Positions 8,240 through 16,060 of a stretch of DNA of 37,437 nt are shown one piece after another. The notes below the pieces were generated by a model. That model was not told the origin of the DNA, did not search any database, and saw nothing but the letters and a program-made list of their open reading frames with translations. Each line of letters starts with the position of its first letter. Positions within the stretch are counted from its first letter, which is position 1. The stretch is from a virus: the IMG/VR virus record IMGVR_UViG_3300013290_000001; one strand, given 5' to 3'. The translations under genes were made by a program, and so were the position numbers.

Positions 8240-8477
8240 GTTTTTCTCTCCACTCTTTCATCTTCGCCTCTACCTTCGCAAATCCTGCCTTGATCTCACC
8301 ATATTGCTCAATACTCAAAATCTGCTCAATCACATCCGATGGCACTTCATTCAAATCCCATGGCCCAAAGAACGGACCGTCCAAAATTGTGTTCAATCTC
8401 CTCGCCAGAAATACATCACCAATCAATTGCTCGCTTGTTTTTCCTCGTCTGGCTGCTTCAAAAATTCCCGCATCCAA
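8226..8477 (-). CDS. T-frame extension of the tail assembly chaperone (expressed as a G-T fusion by -1 frameshift)
   Basis: It is open in the -1 frame relative to 8423..8794 and has no independent ATG (the tracked start is TTG). It begins directly after the A9 slippery run. Confidence 0.7.
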   Translation of the reverse strand: MDAGIFEAARRGKTSEQLIGDVFLARRLNTILDGPFFGPWDLNEVPSDVIEQILSIEQYGEIKAGFAKVEAKMKEWREKHGRK

Positions 8478-8794
8478 TTTTTTTTTAGCAGATTGCGGTG
8501 CTCTTCAATCAGCTTGAAAGTCCGGATAATCAACCAGGTAAAAAACAAAGGATCACTCTCTGCAGAACTATCCATCAATTCCTTTACATCCTCCGCAGCC
8601 ATGTCCCAGATCTTCGCCAATAAATCAACATTTTCCTCAGTAGTCTCTGGTTTGAATTGTTGACCATTTTCATAAAGTTTTTCCAACATACTGCGCGATG
8701 GGTTCACCCACACCGGAATCTGAGCCTCCCCAAACTCCGGAGCATAATCCTTCAACTCAACCTTTTTCCAAATCTTCGGAATCTCAATCCTCAT
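8423..8794 (-). CDS. Tail assembly chaperone G
   Basis: Lies between the major tail and tape measure genes. ATG at 8794 has AGGAAGGG 6 nt upstream (the tracked start at 8800 is TTG). Ends ..LLKKNWMREFLKQPDEEKQASN. Confidence 0.75.
   Translation of the reverse strand: MRIEIPKIWKKVELKDYAPEFGEAQIPVWVNPSRSMLEKLYENGQQFKPETTEENVDLLAKIWDMAAEDVKELMDSSAESDPLFFTWLIIRTFKLIEEHRNLLKKNWMREFLKQPDEEKQASN
8478..8486 (-). promoter_or_regulatory. -1 programmed ribosomal frameshift slippery run (A9 on the sense strand)
   Basis: The sense strand reads CTA AAA AAA AAT TGG in the G frame and AAA AAA AAA TTG GAT in the T frame. Confidence 0.7.
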
Positions 8795-8864
8795 CCTCAA
8801 CCCTTCCTGTACCCCGTAAGGGGTAAATCCTCAATCCTCAAAACTCAAACCTACTAGCTACGAG

Positions 8865-9875
8865 CTAAATCGTTCCCCGATCCGTAATAACCTGTACATT
8901 TAACAACTTCGCGCCTGTCACATCATATTTTCCATGCAAAATCGCAGTCCAAAGATTATTTCCATTGCTTGCACTTGCCAAAGGAATCACTTCTTCCCAT
9001 GTGCCCGAGAAATCTACCTGTAGCATGTGGTACACGCCCGTACCAATTTGCGGTCCCAAAATCTTCAGCCTTGCCACCTGCAACGTCTGCAAATTCAACG
9101 CGTCATAAATTGCCTCAGCGGTCGCATTTCCTTCAAATGTGAATGCTCCATTGATCCCGATCGCGCCTTGCCCATGCGTATCAAAATACTCATTCCCGGA
9201 TCCATGGAACTTTGGGTGCATCCCGGTTATGATGTCGATATCATATGCGCGCAATGTGGAGGCTTTTTCTGTGCCACCCACTCCCGCCCAGGTTGTATCC
9301 AGATAAAACCGCGTCAACTTACTGTTGATCGTGTGCAGCGTCGGGATGGCCAGCGCACCGGTAAAACTGGCTTTCGTGTTCTGCCTGCCAAAATAATTGG
9401 CTTCAATCCGCATCGCACTATCGCCACCGTCCTGGTTGCATTCTCCGGAGAGCTTGATGCGATCGAACATCACATACTCCGATTCAACCATCATTTCATC
9501 ATCACCACGCTCCAGGGTAATCGAATCGGTTTCATTGTCAGTGTCATCATAATTCGGGTCATAATTCCATAAATAATCACCCTGGGAAACCGTCTGTTCC
9601 ACAGCAGTGATATTCCCCTGCAACCCACAGGAAAACAACATCGGCAAACTCTGAAAATAAGCAGAATCCCAACTCAGCTTATCCCGTACCAAACGCCCGG
9701 CAATGTACGAACGCACAGCATCCACATTCACGCCCACATCCTCGCGCGGGTAAGTTGGCTTCCGATCCGGTGTAATGGATGGAACTGCCACTGGTAAAAT
9801 TCTGGTTGCTGCCACCGCAGTACCATGTGTATCCTCAATCCCGTATTGCATCTTTCTCAACTTTTCAACTGCCAT
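8865..9875 (-). CDS. Major tail (tube) protein
   Basis: 336 aa directly upstream of the chaperone pair. No sheath gene is present. Function inferred from gene order. Confidence 0.6.
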   Translation of the reverse strand: MAVEKLRKMQYGIEDTHGTAVAATRILPVAVPSITPDRKPTYPREDVGVNVDAVRSYIAGRLVRDKLSWDSAYFQSLPMLFSCGLQGNITAVEQTVSQGDYLWNYDPNYDDTDNETDSITLERGDDEMMVESEYVMFDRIKLSGECNQDGGDSAMRIEANYFGRQNTKASFTGALAIPTLHTINSKLTRFYLDTTWAGVGGTEKASTLRAYDIDIITGMHPKFHGSGNEYFDTHGQGAIGINGAFTFEGNATAEAIYDALNLQTLQVARLKILGPQIGTGVYHMLQVDFSGTWEEVIPLASASNGNNLWTAILHGKYDVTGAKLLNVQVITDRGTI

Positions 9876-9900
9876 CTCTCACCTCTTTTTTTAATTTTTT

Positions 9901-9991
9901 CCTGAATCCCCAAAACCTCAAAACTCAAACCTCAAACCTCAAAACTTTTTTCCTATCAGCTACGAGCTATCTGCTATGAGCTAACAGCTAA
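9901..9991. repeat. Intergenic heptanucleotide array (13 units in one register)
   Basis: cctgaat ccccaaa acctcaa aactcaa acctcaa acctcaa aactttt ttcctat cagctac gagctat ctgctat gagctaa cagctaa. The stop of the 9974 gene lies inside it. Confidence 0.85.
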
Positions 9992-10432
9992 TCCATTCAT
10001 GATTTCCTTCACCTGCCAATTCACCACCAGCCCCAAATGCGGATCCTCATTCCCATACCGCAAAACGCCCATCGTGATCGGGTTGGTACTTGCTAACAAA
10101 AAATGCTCAACCGCGCCACCTAATTGCAAATTTGCTGCGGCCGCCACAATAATCTTTTCAAAATAAGTCAAAACAAATGGATAATTACTCTTGTTGATAT
10201 TCTTTGCAATGTGAAACTCACTCACCCCGTCATACACAGCCAGGCAAGGACCACCAGCAGAATATTGGATCTTCGGCACCCGCGGAACAATCGTCAAAGC
10301 GCAAGGAAACTCATTCAAACTTTCCGGAAACTCAGCCCGTGAGAACATCTTATATGATTTCAAACTCCCCCCCTTGCCGTTATCAATCGTCCCCCACACC
10401 TCAGCCACCTTATCAATCCAATCTGTAATCAT
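9974..10432 (-). CDS. Hypothetical neck/tail-completion protein
   Basis: 152 aa between the connector-like genes and the tail tube gene. No motif recognised. Confidence 0.55.
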   Translation of the reverse strand: MITDWIDKVAEVWGTIDNGKGGSLKSYKMFSRAEFPESLNEFPCALTIVPRVPKIQYSAGGPCLAVYDGVSEFHIAKNINKSNYPFVLTYFEKIIVAAAANLQLGGAVEHFLLASTNPITMGVLRYGNEDPHLGLVVNWQVKEIMNGLAVSS

Positions 10433-10433
10433 T

Positions 10434-10496
10434 CCTCAAACCTCAATCCTGAATCCTGAATCCTAATCCCTAACACCTAAACCCTAACCCCTAAAT
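10434..10496. repeat. Intergenic heptanucleotide array (9 units, all starting cct)
   Basis: cctcaaa cctcaat cctgaat cctgaat cctaatc cctaaca cctaaac cctaacc cctaaat. Confidence 0.85.
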
Positions 10497-11504
10497 CAAT
10501 GGTACAAAATAGTTGTATTGGATTTGTTCAATGACCGACTTCGGAAACTCATTGAAATAAAACGTCTCACCCGTCTCTACCGATCCAACCTTCCCAGCAA
10601 ATCCGGAATCAGCCTTTTTCAACATCAACGCAGCAATCTGTTTGCACAGATAATTCACATCCGGTGGCACCGTGTAGCGACTGATCGCCTTGGTATCATG
10701 CGCCGCTGCAGTCGTGCCATTCACACCGCGCTCTACATGGAAAGTCCGGTACACATATACATCCAGATTCGTCAGATGGTCCACCCTGGCAGTCCGGTTC
10801 CAGCCGCGTTCTACCAGCAAATCATTCCCGGAAATATCTCGTACCAGCATTTGTTCAAACTCAACCCGGATCACCTCGCCAATGTTAATCACCGTCCCAT
10901 CCAGCACCGTCACCTGGTCCTCTTCCGCATCCAGTGCTTCGTTCGTGTTCGTGGTCGCATCCGTCGCGGATCCAATTCCGGTCACCAGCTCCTGTTCACT
11001 TTCTATCAATAAAACCGCTCCAGGAGAAATTACACTTGCATCATCCACTACCAGCGTGGTCGCGCTGTTTGTCTGGCTGGCGACCGTCGCCTCTGTGCTC
11101 TGCGATTTTTCCCATAATCCCCAATTACCCAAAACAGACGTAACCCGGGCAATCGCAGGAAAGTAATACACCGTCCCAGAGTCCGGGTGCACCTTGATCC
11201 GCATATACGGACCATTCGCCCACAGTTTATTTTGCGGGTACAGGATATAATCACCGCTCTCCAGCTCGTCATCATCCACGGTGATCGTGGTTGCGCTCAG
11301 CAACGCAGGCACCAGCAACTCCTGGGATCCGTCCCCATCAAAATACCGCGTTTCCGAGATCGGGATAAAATTTCCGAATCTGTTCAAAATCCACTGGCTG
11401 GCAGATTGAATCATGTCATACACACGTTGTGCACCATGATTCCTCAATCCCTCATGCTCCAGATCATTCAATAACTCCTGCACCGTACAATAAACCTGTC
11501 CCAT
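10491..11504 (-). CDS. Putative head-tail adaptor/connector protein (function tentative)
   Basis: N-terminus YCTVQELLNDLE...VYDMIQSASQWILNRFG resembles gp6-type connector N-termini. Large central insertion. Position fits the neck module. Confidence 0.45.
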   Translation of the reverse strand: MGQVYCTVQELLNDLEHEGLRNHGAQRVYDMIQSASQWILNRFGNFIPISETRYFDGDGSQELLVPALLSATTITVDDDELESGDYILYPQNKLWANGPYMRIKVHPDSGTVYYFPAIARVTSVLGNWGLWEKSQSTEATVASQTNSATTLVVDDASVISPGAVLLIESEQELVTGIGSATDATTNTNEALDAEEDQVTVLDGTVINIGEVIRVEFEQMLVRDISGNDLLVERGWNRTARVDHLTNLDVYVYRTFHVERGVNGTTAAAHDTKAISRYTVPPDVNYLCKQIAALMLKKADSGFAGKVGSVETGETFYFNEFPKSVIEQIQYNYFVPLI

Positions 11505-11511
11505 AATCTCT

Positions 11512-11581
11512 CCTCAAACCTCAAACCTCAAACCTGAACCCTTCTTTTCCTACCAGCTACCGGCTACCAGCTACGAGCTAT
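11512..11581. repeat. Intergenic heptanucleotide array (10 units)
   Basis: cctcaaa cctcaaa cctcaaa cctgaac ccttctt ttcctac cagctac cggctac cagctac gagctat. Confidence 0.85.
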
Positions 11582-12105
11582 CTCTTATTACTTAAACCGT
11601 TAGCTATGTTTTCTAAGGCCTCTGCAAAATACTCTTTCACATCATCCACGCTCTTCTCAAACCCTTGCTTCAAAAATTCGCGTGCCTTGATCCCGTTCTT
11701 AGCAATCTTCCGTGCCACCAGAAAAGACACGCTCCGGATCTTCGCCTCATCTGTTTCATTGCGCAAAATCACCCGTCTTACCCAGGCAGTGATCGGCTCC
11801 ATCGGTGGGAACCTGCCACCAGGTTCTCGTCCAAATTCCATTACCTTCGGGTACACCTCATCCCGCAGAGAAGAACCCACCCGACCGATAATCGAAAGAG
11901 AAGAGATCTCCTGCACATCTGATCCGATTGACCCCCTCAACCGGCCACGATCCACAGGAACAAACGGAAGAACATTTTGCTCAATCTTCATCACAGTTTT
12001 ATCCATCGCCCGCACCAACTCGCGATTCGACAACTCCTCATAAGATTCCAGCAAAGCAATCTGCTCGCTCAATCCTTCTACCTCAATCTCATACCCAACC
12101 AGCAT
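11578..12105 (-). CDS. HK97 gp10-like head-tail joining protein
   Basis: PFVPVDRGRLRGSIG matches the conserved P-x-D-T/R-G-x-L-R-x-S motif of gp10-type proteins. Size and position fit. Confidence 0.65.
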   Translation of the reverse strand: MLVGYEIEVEGLSEQIALLESYEELSNRELVRAMDKTVMKIEQNVLPFVPVDRGRLRGSIGSDVQEISSLSIIGRVGSSLRDEVYPKVMEFGREPGGRFPPMEPITAWVRRVILRNETDEAKIRSVSFLVARKIAKNGIKAREFLKQGFEKSVDDVKEYFAEALENIANGLSNKR

Positions 12106-12137
12106 AATCTTTTCCTTTGCTCTTTTCTTTCCTCAAA

Positions 12138-12181
12138 CTTATCACACCCTATGGGTGCAAACCTCAATCCTCAAACCTCAA
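12138..12181. repeat. 44-bp intergenic repeat, copy A (identical to 20060..20103)
   Basis: cttatcacaccctatgggtgcaaacctcaatcctcaaacctcaa; contains the small hairpin caccc-tat-gggtg. Confidence 0.85.
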
Positions 12182-12183
12182 TC

Positions 12184-12459
12184 CTATTTTTTCACCGCCT
12201 TGAAAACCGTCTTATCAATTGGCTCCTGTTTACCCTCGGTCGACGGGGGCTTTTCATTAGCTTTCGCCTTACGTGAAAATTCAGCCTCAGCTACCATCCG
12301 ATTTTCTTTTAAATGAGTCTTCGATCCCACTTCCTCCAGAACCCCGGGAGAATCGCGATTTATTGCCTCAGCCATATCTTCCTTCAGGTCAACAACATCA
12401 CCCTTCAACCACGGTCCCCCCAGACTGCTCTTGTAATTCCACTTAACCTTGTACTTCAT
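12184..12459 (-). CDS. Hypothetical protein (91 aa)
   Basis: ATG at 12459 follows a GC hairpin and a purine-rich leader. Lys/Glu-rich. Confidence 0.6.
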   Translation of the reverse strand: MKYKVKWNYKSSLGGPWLKGDVVDLKEDMAEAINRDSPGVLEEVGSKTHLKENRMVAEAEFSRKAKANEKPPSTEGKQEPIDKTVFKAVKK

Positions 12460-12478
12460 TTCGCTCTCTCTTTCGTCC

Positions 12479-12498
12479 GGGCGGGGTCTCCCCCGCCC
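12479..12498. repeat. GC hairpin in a 5' leader, copy 1 (gggcgggg-tctc-ccccgccc)
   Basis: 8-bp perfect stem. The ~30-bp block gggcggggtctcccccgcccttcttttc recurs at 13363. Confidence 0.75.
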
Positions 12499-12505
12499 TT
12501 CTTTT

Positions 12506-12540
12506 CCTAACGCCTAACACCTAACCCCTAAACCCTAATC
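12506..12540. repeat. Intergenic heptanucleotide array (5 units)
   Basis: cctaacg cctaaca cctaacc cctaaac cctaatc; the last unit holds the stop at 12535. Confidence 0.8.
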
Positions 12541-12858
12541 ATCAATCACGTCACCAACATCCACCATGTAAGCCATCACATACCCTTCACCAGCAGTGAT
12601 CGCCTCATCCGGCAACACCACGTCGATCGTATCCGCAGCGCTGTACAGCTTACCACTGCCAGAATAAGCCGCTGTATTGGTCTCTGTTCCGGCATACGCA
12701 CCGACAGTACCCACTGTCACATCAGTATTATCCACCCAGCCATCCGGGTTCGCGCCATCTCCCACATCAATCGTAGGAGTACCACCAGCAAACAGCGTGG
12801 TAATAATACACACCACACTTTGCGGAGGAATAAACGTATTCTTAGGCACATCCAGCAC
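12535..12858 (-). CDS. Hypothetical head-module protein; the 5' end is uncertain (see finding at 12859..12950)
   Basis: The tracked ORF starts at GTG 12858 with no RBS. The same frame is open upstream to an in-frame TGA at 12895-12897. Confidence 0.55.
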   Translation of the reverse strand: MLDVPKNTFIPPQSVVCIITTLFAGGTPTIDVGDGANPDGWVDNTDVTVGTVGAYAGTETNTAAYSGSGKLYSAADTIDVVLPDEAITAGEGYVMAYMVDVGDVIDD

Positions 12859-12962
12859 CGCTTTCGTGCTGTTCTTATCGGCAAAGGTGAACTTTCACGA
12901 TCTCACCCACCGGCCTTTCAAACCATACTGTGCACTTGAACTTCCCACATCTCACCTCTCTT

Positions 12963-13004
12963 CCTAAAACCTAAACCCTAAGGCCTAAACCCTACGAGCT
13001 AACT
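12963..13004. repeat. Intergenic heptanucleotide array (6 units)
   Basis: cctaaaa cctaaac cctaagg cctaaac cctacga gctaact. Confidence 0.8.
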
Positions 13005-13343
13005 CGACGCTCCCACAATCCCAAACCACTGTACCCCATCACACCAGCACAGGATCGCCTCGTTCTGCGTCGGAGTACCGATCGTCGCGGGCGTATCATC
13101 CTGCACCGTGATAATCTCAGCGGCATCCGCCTCATTGCTGATTAAAATCACTACGCCCTTGCAGGCAGCCTCAGCAGGCAATACCACATTTCGGGCCGCG
13201 CCACCCGGATCAAACGAAAACCCATTGAACTGGTTAATCTCCGCCACCGTAATCGTACGATGGGCAGCCAGTGTTTCTTTCAATTTCGTGTTGATCCTAC
13301 TCGCCATATCGCTCGGCGCAATCGCAATTCTTTCTCTTGGCAT
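12999..13343 (-). CDS. Hypothetical head-module protein (114 aa)
   Basis: ATG at 13343 after a GC hairpin leader. Directly downstream of the capsid gene. No motif recognised. Confidence 0.6.
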   Translation of the reverse strand: MPRERIAIAPSDMASRINTKLKETLAAHRTITVAEINQFNGFSFDPGGAARNVVLPAEAACKGVVILISNEADAAEIITVQDDTPATIGTPTQNEAILCWCDGVQWFGIVGASS

Positions 13344-13362
13344 TTCTCACCTCTTTCTATAT

Positions 13363-13382
13363 GGGCGGAGTCTCCCCCGCCC
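13363..13382. repeat. GC hairpin in a 5' leader, copy 2 (gggcggag-tctc-ccccgccc)
   Basis: One mismatch in the stem; same flanking sequence as the copy at 12479. Confidence 0.7.
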
Positions 13383-13398
13383 TTCTTTTCTTCCCTAC

Positions 13399-13426
13399 CA
13401 GCTACGAGCTACGAGCTACAAGCTGA
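13399..13426. repeat. Heptanucleotide array (4 units) spanning the capsid gene stop
   Basis: cagctac gagctac gagctac aagctga; TAG at 13418-13416. Confidence 0.75.
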
Positions 13427-14930
13427 TGTTATACATCACATCCGCGCCTTCAATTCCACTGGCAGCACCGGTGGGAGAGAAGCGACCTAAGCCCATGCGC
13501 ATGGAGTAAACTAACCGGCTTTGATCAGATGCTGGTAACCTTTCGGTCTCCAGTTTGATCCGGCGTCTCCAGCCGACGGTAAATGCGCGGCGGTTGAAGG
13601 TTGCGATTTGGCCCAGAGTATTGTTACCGGCTGTGGTAGATACTTTCCCATCCGCTTCAGTTTTGCTCATGGCCATCGATCCGATCAATGGATGGCGTCC
13701 AACACGTGCCTGTTGACCATTCAACACAGTCGCCTGGCTGCCCATCTTATCGACGGTGATCACTTCGTCAAGCAAAGCGATCTTGTCAGCGGTATCCACA
13801 TCGGCCACATAAACCAGGTCATTCGGGTCAGTTGGATGACCCCAATCGACCTTGTAGGCGTGATCCACCATACGACCGCGCGCTTCAATCAACTTATTGA
13901 AAGTGATCGAACCAGCAACACTCAGACTATTTCCGGTATTATCGACGAGACCTGCATGACGTATACCATCCAACGCCAGGTAATGCTTGGTGTCAGCGGG
14001 ATCTGCGTCATCCAGGTTGATGTTTCCGGTCCCTGCATTGGTGGTATCACCATTCAAAACAAGCGAATCACCATAGAATGCCAGAGCTTTCTGTGCCTGT
14101 CTTCGCAGGAATGGAATGAATGGAATAATCGAATCCTCTTCCATCTCACCAGACCACATTTGATGAATCACGAATTTCTTCGCATCCACCTGCACGCGCT
14201 GCGAACCGGTTTTACTGGTTGAGTAATTGCTCGAATTGTTGGCAGTGCTTTCAGACACAAATAACATCTCAGGGAAATCAACTTCAACCGGTAGGTAAGC
14301 GGTCGGCGCGGTCATTTCAAAACTCTCCAACAATGAAAGAATCATACTCTCACGTCGGGCAGCTTCCCATAAATCGCCAACATACTGTGCACCTATCAAC
14401 TGCGAACCATATCCTGATTCCGCAGAATCCATAGCGCGGATAGCACGTTGGTAGCTTTCGGTAAGTTCGAATGAACCGCGTGCAGCCAGATTGCGATCGG
14501 GGCCATGGAACCAGCGCAGTGGAATCCGTGGGAACAGATCGTCAATTGCTTTTTTATCCATCTCACGCACTTCAGCCTCACTCAGATACATGGCATCCGA
14601 GATCGCGGCAAACGTATTGCGCAACATTTCAGAAGGACCATCATATACACCGCCACCATTGACTTTTCGTTGACCGCGTAGGGACTCCTGTAGATCGTAC
14701 AAAAATTCAATATCAGCAATACTCAAACCCCAACGTGCATACTTGGTGCCCACCAGCTTTGGCTCCACTTCCGAACCAAAACGCATCTTTCGCACGAACT
14801 TTTCATCGTCAATCAACAATGAAAATTGTTCCTGCACCAAACTGCGAATCCGTTCATCTTTTACGTTTTCGCCCAGTGACTCCATACGAGTACTGATTTC
14901 ATTCATTAATTCAACTAACTGATCGCTCAT
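13416..14930 (-). CDS. Major capsid protein (HK97-fold type, with an N-terminal coiled delta-like segment)
   Basis: 504 aa. ATGA overlap with the protease gene. Position after portal and protease, and overall composition, fit. Confidence 0.8.
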   Translation of the reverse strand: MSDQLVELMNEISTRMESLGENVKDERIRSLVQEQFSLLIDDEKFVRKMRFGSEVEPKLVGTKYARWGLSIADIEFLYDLQESLRGQRKVNGGGVYDGPSEMLRNTFAAISDAMYLSEAEVREMDKKAIDDLFPRIPLRWFHGPDRNLAARGSFELTESYQRAIRAMDSAESGYGSQLIGAQYVGDLWEAARRESMILSLLESFEMTAPTAYLPVEVDFPEMLFVSESTANNSSNYSTSKTGSQRVQVDAKKFVIHQMWSGEMEEDSIIPFIPFLRRQAQKALAFYGDSLVLNGDTTNAGTGNINLDDADPADTKHYLALDGIRHAGLVDNTGNSLSVAGSITFNKLIEARGRMVDHAYKVDWGHPTDPNDLVYVADVDTADKIALLDEVITVDKMGSQATVLNGQQARVGRHPLIGSMAMSKTEADGKVSTTAGNNTLGQIATFNRRAFTVGWRRRIKLETERLPASDQSRLVYSMRMGLGRFSPTGAASGIEGADVMYNISL

Positions 14931-15940
14931 TTCAAACTCCTCATTTGTAATTTAAGTTTTTCTTCCATCGCCCGCATCAACAATGCTTTGTCTTTCTCCC
15001 CGTCCTCGCCTTCAACCTCCTGATTCACCTTCGCGCCATCTATTCTGGAAAGGACCTTCTGCAATACGCCAATAGCCTGCTCAACCTCAGCACGTAGGGG
15101 CTGGGCTTGTCCCTGCCCGTCTCCCGTCTTCCGTCTCCCGTCGCTTTCAGCTTTCAGCTGCCTGCCCCGCTCCATGCGGGGTGAGCCGTCAGCCTCTCCC
15201 TCGAGAAAGAGTCCAGAGACTTCCTTCTCATCCAGCGCACTTAGCTCCTCCGCGGTCAAAAACTCTGGGGCAACTTTCCCCAACCGTCGATACTTAGGCA
15301 ATAACGCCCGATATCGCCGCTCGCGTACCTCATCGCTCTCATCACCTGGCGATAAAAAGATCTCGACCATCTCGGCCGCCACCTTCTCCCACTCAGGCTC
15401 TTGCTCACTACGCGCCCCGGCGTTATCTTCCTCTAAATCGGCCCCCCGTCCTCCGTCCCCCGTCTCCTTACCCTCCCCCTCAAACATTCTCTTCAACGCC
15501 TCATACTGCCGTTCCATCAGCGCATCCGGATCACCCGGCACTGGCACTCCGGAAATATCCAGTAATTCCATCTTTCGTTTTTTATCAACTTCCACAAAAT
15601 TCCAGCCCACAGAAACAGTATGCAAAAAACCGTCCCTGTATTTGCGTTCAACAGCCTTCGCAAACTCATCATTCTGATCAAATACCACCTCAGCCATCAA
15701 ACGATCGCCTTCAACCTCGGCATTTACTTTACCAAGCGGTAAATTTTTGCCCCAATAATCGTGCGCCCATAAAAAGACTGGATTTTTATGATAATTATCT
15801 AATAACCAATCATCCATATCCAGATCAATCCCATCGCGCTTGATTCCGGCCGTGCTCGCCGTAAACCGGATCGGTTCACCGGCTTGCGATCCACTCTCTT
15901 CTCTGCTAACATAAGCCCTCAAAAAATTTTTATCTGCCAT
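14927..15940 (-). CDS. Prohead protease (HK97/S78-like) fused to a charged scaffold-like C-terminal region
   Basis: NPVFLWAHDYWGKNLPLGKV resembles the S78 protease core. The C-terminal half is Glu/Arg/Lys-rich and carries two in-frame heptad arrays. Confidence 0.75.
   Translation of the reverse strand: MADKNFLRAYVSREESGSQAGEPIRFTASTAGIKRDGIDLDMDDWLLDNYHKNPVFLWAHDYWGKNLPLGKVNAEVEGDRLMAEVVFDQNDEFAKAVERKYRDGFLHTVSVGWNFVEVDKKRKMELLDISGVPVPGDPDALMERQYEALKRMFEGEGKETGDGGRGADLEEDNAGARSEQEPEWEKVAAEMVEIFLSPGDESDEVRERRYRALLPKYRRLGKVAPEFLTAEELSALDEKEVSGLFLEGEADGSPRMERGRQLKAESDGRRKTGDGQGQAQPLRAEVEQAIGVLQKVLSRIDGAKVNQEVEGEDGEKDKALLMRAMEEKLKLQMRSLK
15116..15164. repeat. In-ORF heptanucleotide array (7 units) inside the protease-scaffold gene
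   Basis: cccgtct cccgtct tccgtct cccgtcg ctttcag ctttcag ctgcctg; no stop in the reading frame (..QLKAESDGRRKTGDGQG..). Confidence 0.8.
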
Positions 15941-15961
15941 CTCTCGCTCCTCTCTTCGTAA

Positions 15962-15997
15962 GGGTAAAGCATTCTATATCTTCAAAATACTTTGTCC
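15962..15997. repeat. 5'-UTR hairpin element, copy 2 (degenerate)
   Basis: gggtaaagcattct-atatcttc-aaaatactttgtcc. 10 of 14 stem positions still pair. Flanks are the same as in copy 1. Confidence 0.7.
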
Positions 15998-16004
15998 ACT
16001 CAAT

Positions 16005-16060
16005 CCTCAAACCTAAAACCTAAAAACTCAAAACTCAAAACTCAAAACTAATTCCTAAAC
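16005..16060. repeat. Intergenic heptanucleotide array (8 units)
   Basis: cctcaaa cctaaaa cctaaaa actcaaa actcaaa actcaaa actaatt cctaaac. Confidence 0.85.

Noticed and set aside
9901-9991. Heptad arrays as CRISPR arrays
   Set aside because: The period is 7 nt with no unique spacers and no 25-40-nt repeat unit. No cas genes are present.
10462-10496. Telomere-like CCCTAA/CCCTAAA runs (also at 12506..12540 and 12963..12990)
   Set aside because: They are internal to a circular genome and only 4-9 units long. They are one variant of the general heptad arrays, not chromosome ends. A G-quadruplex role on the sense strand is possible but cannot be supported from the sequence alone.
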